From positions 1 to 26,435 of IMG/VR virus record IMGVR_UViG_3300010376_000118: DNA of 26,435 bases, one strand, 5' to 3'. Of this stretch, positions 24,971-26,435 are shown piece by piece. Position numbers and translations under genes: made by a program. Numbering within the stretch: the stretch's first letter is position 1; the number at the start of each line of letters is the position of its first letter. This stretch comes from a virus (taxonomy: Duplodnaviria; Caudoviricetes). Under the pieces are notes generated by a model. That model was given only the letters and a program-made list of their open reading frames with translations. It was not told the origin of the DNA and ran no database searches.

Positions 24971-25788
24971 TCCGGCTTGCGCTTTAGTTTCTTGTCGCCT
25001 TTGACGCTGCGGTTATAGATACCGACCAGCGTGCGGGCGACAGCCGCACCTAAAGAACCACCGTGGATTTCCAAATCCTGCTTGGCAAGGTTCATGAGAC
25101 TGCCCGGTGTGTAGCGCTTCTTCACAGCGTTCACCAGCAATTGCCAGTTCACCTTGCTGCCGTACTCGCCGAGTACCGAGCCATAGCCGCGAATCAGCGA
25201 ACCATTGACGCCATTCGGGTCATTCGCCCATGTCGCCGACAGTATCTTGAGCACATCGCTTAGCACCTGCGGGCCGTTGATGGTGTAGACGCTGACCAGT
25301 GCCGATACTGCCGTGATCCAGCGCTGAGCCGTGAGCATTTTACTCTCACGGGCCGCGCCAACCTTGTAGCCATGCTGGCGAACGATCTTATCGACGCCAA
25401 TTTCGGTAGCGTATCCAGCAGTGATTCGAACCTTGAAGGTCGATACCGGATCGACCCGCCAGCGCATGCCATTGATGCCGTCGAAGTGCTGCGCCGCTTC
25501 CTTCGGTTCCTCGCAGGGGATGACAATGCAAGGCGCACCTTCCTCGTTGCCGTGCACCATCTCAAATGCCGCCTTGCGGTGCTGACCCTCAACGATGTGG
25601 TAAATGCCGTTGCCGTTTGGCAGCGTCACCTTGATCGGATCAAAGCGGTAGATGTTAAACTCGGCGGCAATTTTCTTGGCGCGTGACGCCTTGTAAGGCC
25701 GCTGCGCTTCCGCCCACACCACGTTAAGCTGCTTGATCGGAATAAGGGTCAGCTTAATGTCTTCAGGGTTAATCGATGTCTTTGCCAT
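24967..25788 (-). CDS. ParB/Srx-like N-terminal domain protein (DUF6551-like)
   Basis: AQRPY..RAKKIAAEF....DPIKV....YHIVEGQHRKAA..EAAQHF..IN; RBS GGGAG. Confidence 0.72.
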   Translation of the reverse strand: MAKTSINPEDIKLTLIPIKQLNVVWAEAQRPYKASRAKKIAAEFNIYRFDPIKVTLPNGNGIYHIVEGQHRKAAFEMVHGNEEGAPCIVIPCEEPKEAAQHFDGINGMRWRVDPVSTFKVRITAGYATEIGVDKIVRQHGYKVGAARESKMLTAQRWITAVSALVSVYTINGPQVLSDVLKILSATWANDPNGVNGSLIRGYGSVLGEYGSKVNWQLLVNAVKKRYTPGSLMNLAKQDLEIHGGSLGAAVARTLVGIYNRSVKGDKKLKRKPD

Positions 25789-26362
25789 TCGCGACTCCCG
25801 TCAGTTGGTTCATCAGTTTAAGAACCGCGTGGCGGGCTTCCCGCAGTCGCGCCAGCGCCGCTTCGCGGTCCTTGTCGCTGAGCGTCGGAATGGTGATGTC
25901 AGTGCAATGATGCTCGCAGGCGTTGGCAACCAGATCGATAGCCTTGTCGAAGGCTTGCTTGCGCTGGCGCTGCCGATACTCGCTCGCCGACGAGCGGTGG
26001 ACGCCACGAACGCTGCCGGGATCAGCGAAGACGTGTCCATTGAGTGTCCTCATGATCGCGTCCGCGCGGCCAATGTAGCCGGTCTTCAAAAACTCAATCG
26101 CCTCGTTGACCAGCTTACGTTCATGGGTACTCAGATCGTTGCGCTTGTCGGCGCGCAGCAGGCGGCGGGCAATGGAGAAGTCCCGCGAGTTCAGACCGAT
26201 CTGCTTACAAGCGTTGTGGTACACGGCACCGGCCAAAATCAACGCCTCGACGCGCGGCGCAACTTCGAGCAAGTCGGTGCGACCGGGACGAGCGGGACGG
26301 CCGGGGCTATTTGGCCAATGGCGGTTGAGGATGGGAGTGTGCATGACCGGCTTCTTCTCCAT
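25769..26362 (-). CDS. Hypothetical basic helical protein, first gene of the leftward operon
   Basis: About 197 aa and overlapping the ParB-like gene. The start is uncertain (26362 or 26344). Confidence 0.6.
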   Translation of the reverse strand: MEKKPVMHTPILNRHWPNSPGRPARPGRTDLLEVAPRVEALILAGAVYHNACKQIGLNSRDFSIARRLLRADKRNDLSTHERKLVNEAIEFLKTGYIGRADAIMRTLNGHVFADPGSVRGVHRSSASEYRQRQRKQAFDKAIDLVANACEHHCTDITIPTLSDKDREAALARLREARHAVLKLMNQLTGVANGKDID

Positions 26363-26368
26363 TTGCAA

Positions 26369-26396
26369 AATATAAACTCAGCGGTATCATTTGCAA
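26369..26396 (-). promoter_or_regulatory. Putative sigma70-type promoter (-35 TTGCAA, 16 bp, -10 TATATT)
   Basis: AT-rich patch in a GC-rich genome directly upstream of the leftward operon. Confidence 0.55.
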
Positions 26397-26413
26397 GTCG
26401 GAAACGCAAAATA

Positions 26414-26435
26414 GCCAACGGACGCCAACGGACGC
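26414..26435. repeat. Tandem 10-bp repeat GCCAACGGAC (2 copies plus partial, runs off the window)
   Basis: GCCAACGGAC GCCAACGGAC GC read directly. Confidence 0.7.

Noticed and set aside
171-26375. Numerous long alternative-frame and antisense ORFs in the track (e.g. 6708-7559 -, 11462-12097 +, 22094-22945 +)
   Set aside because: They are Arg/Ala-rich shadow ORFs expected from high-GC3 coding DNA. They overlap well-supported genes and have no motifs.
26414-26435. CRISPR array
   Set aside because: The repeat unit is 10 bp with no spacers.

Overview
The window is part of a GC-rich tailed-phage or prophage genome, probably with an alphaproteobacterial host (inferred from the holin, GH108 lysin and DnaA-C gene types). 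The + strand (1-20878) is a tightly coupled late operon for a contractile (myovirus-type) tail. It runs sheath, tube, tail assembly chaperone with a -1 frameshift signal, a two-domain peptidoglycan hydrolase, gpS-like protein, tape measure, baseplate genes, tail fibre and accessory proteins. An enlarged lysis-region cluster follows: permuted papain amidase, GH108 endolysin, structured intergenic region, GxSxG hydrolase, holin, Tat lipoprotein and papain-like protease. The - strand (20875-26362) is a convergent early or middle operon: HNH-like protein, stand-alone DnaA domain IV protein, RecT, RecE/ExoVIII, ParB-like protein and hypotheticals. It is probably driven by a sigma70-type promoter at the right edge. 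The most notable signals are a perfect DnaA box inside the DnaA-domain gene, the lysis cassette without recognisable Rz/Rz1, the structured 209-bp spacer after the endolysin, the SPRY insertion in the baseplate cluster and the A AAA AAC frameshift with its hairpin. All family assignments come from motif recognition by eye, not from database searches.
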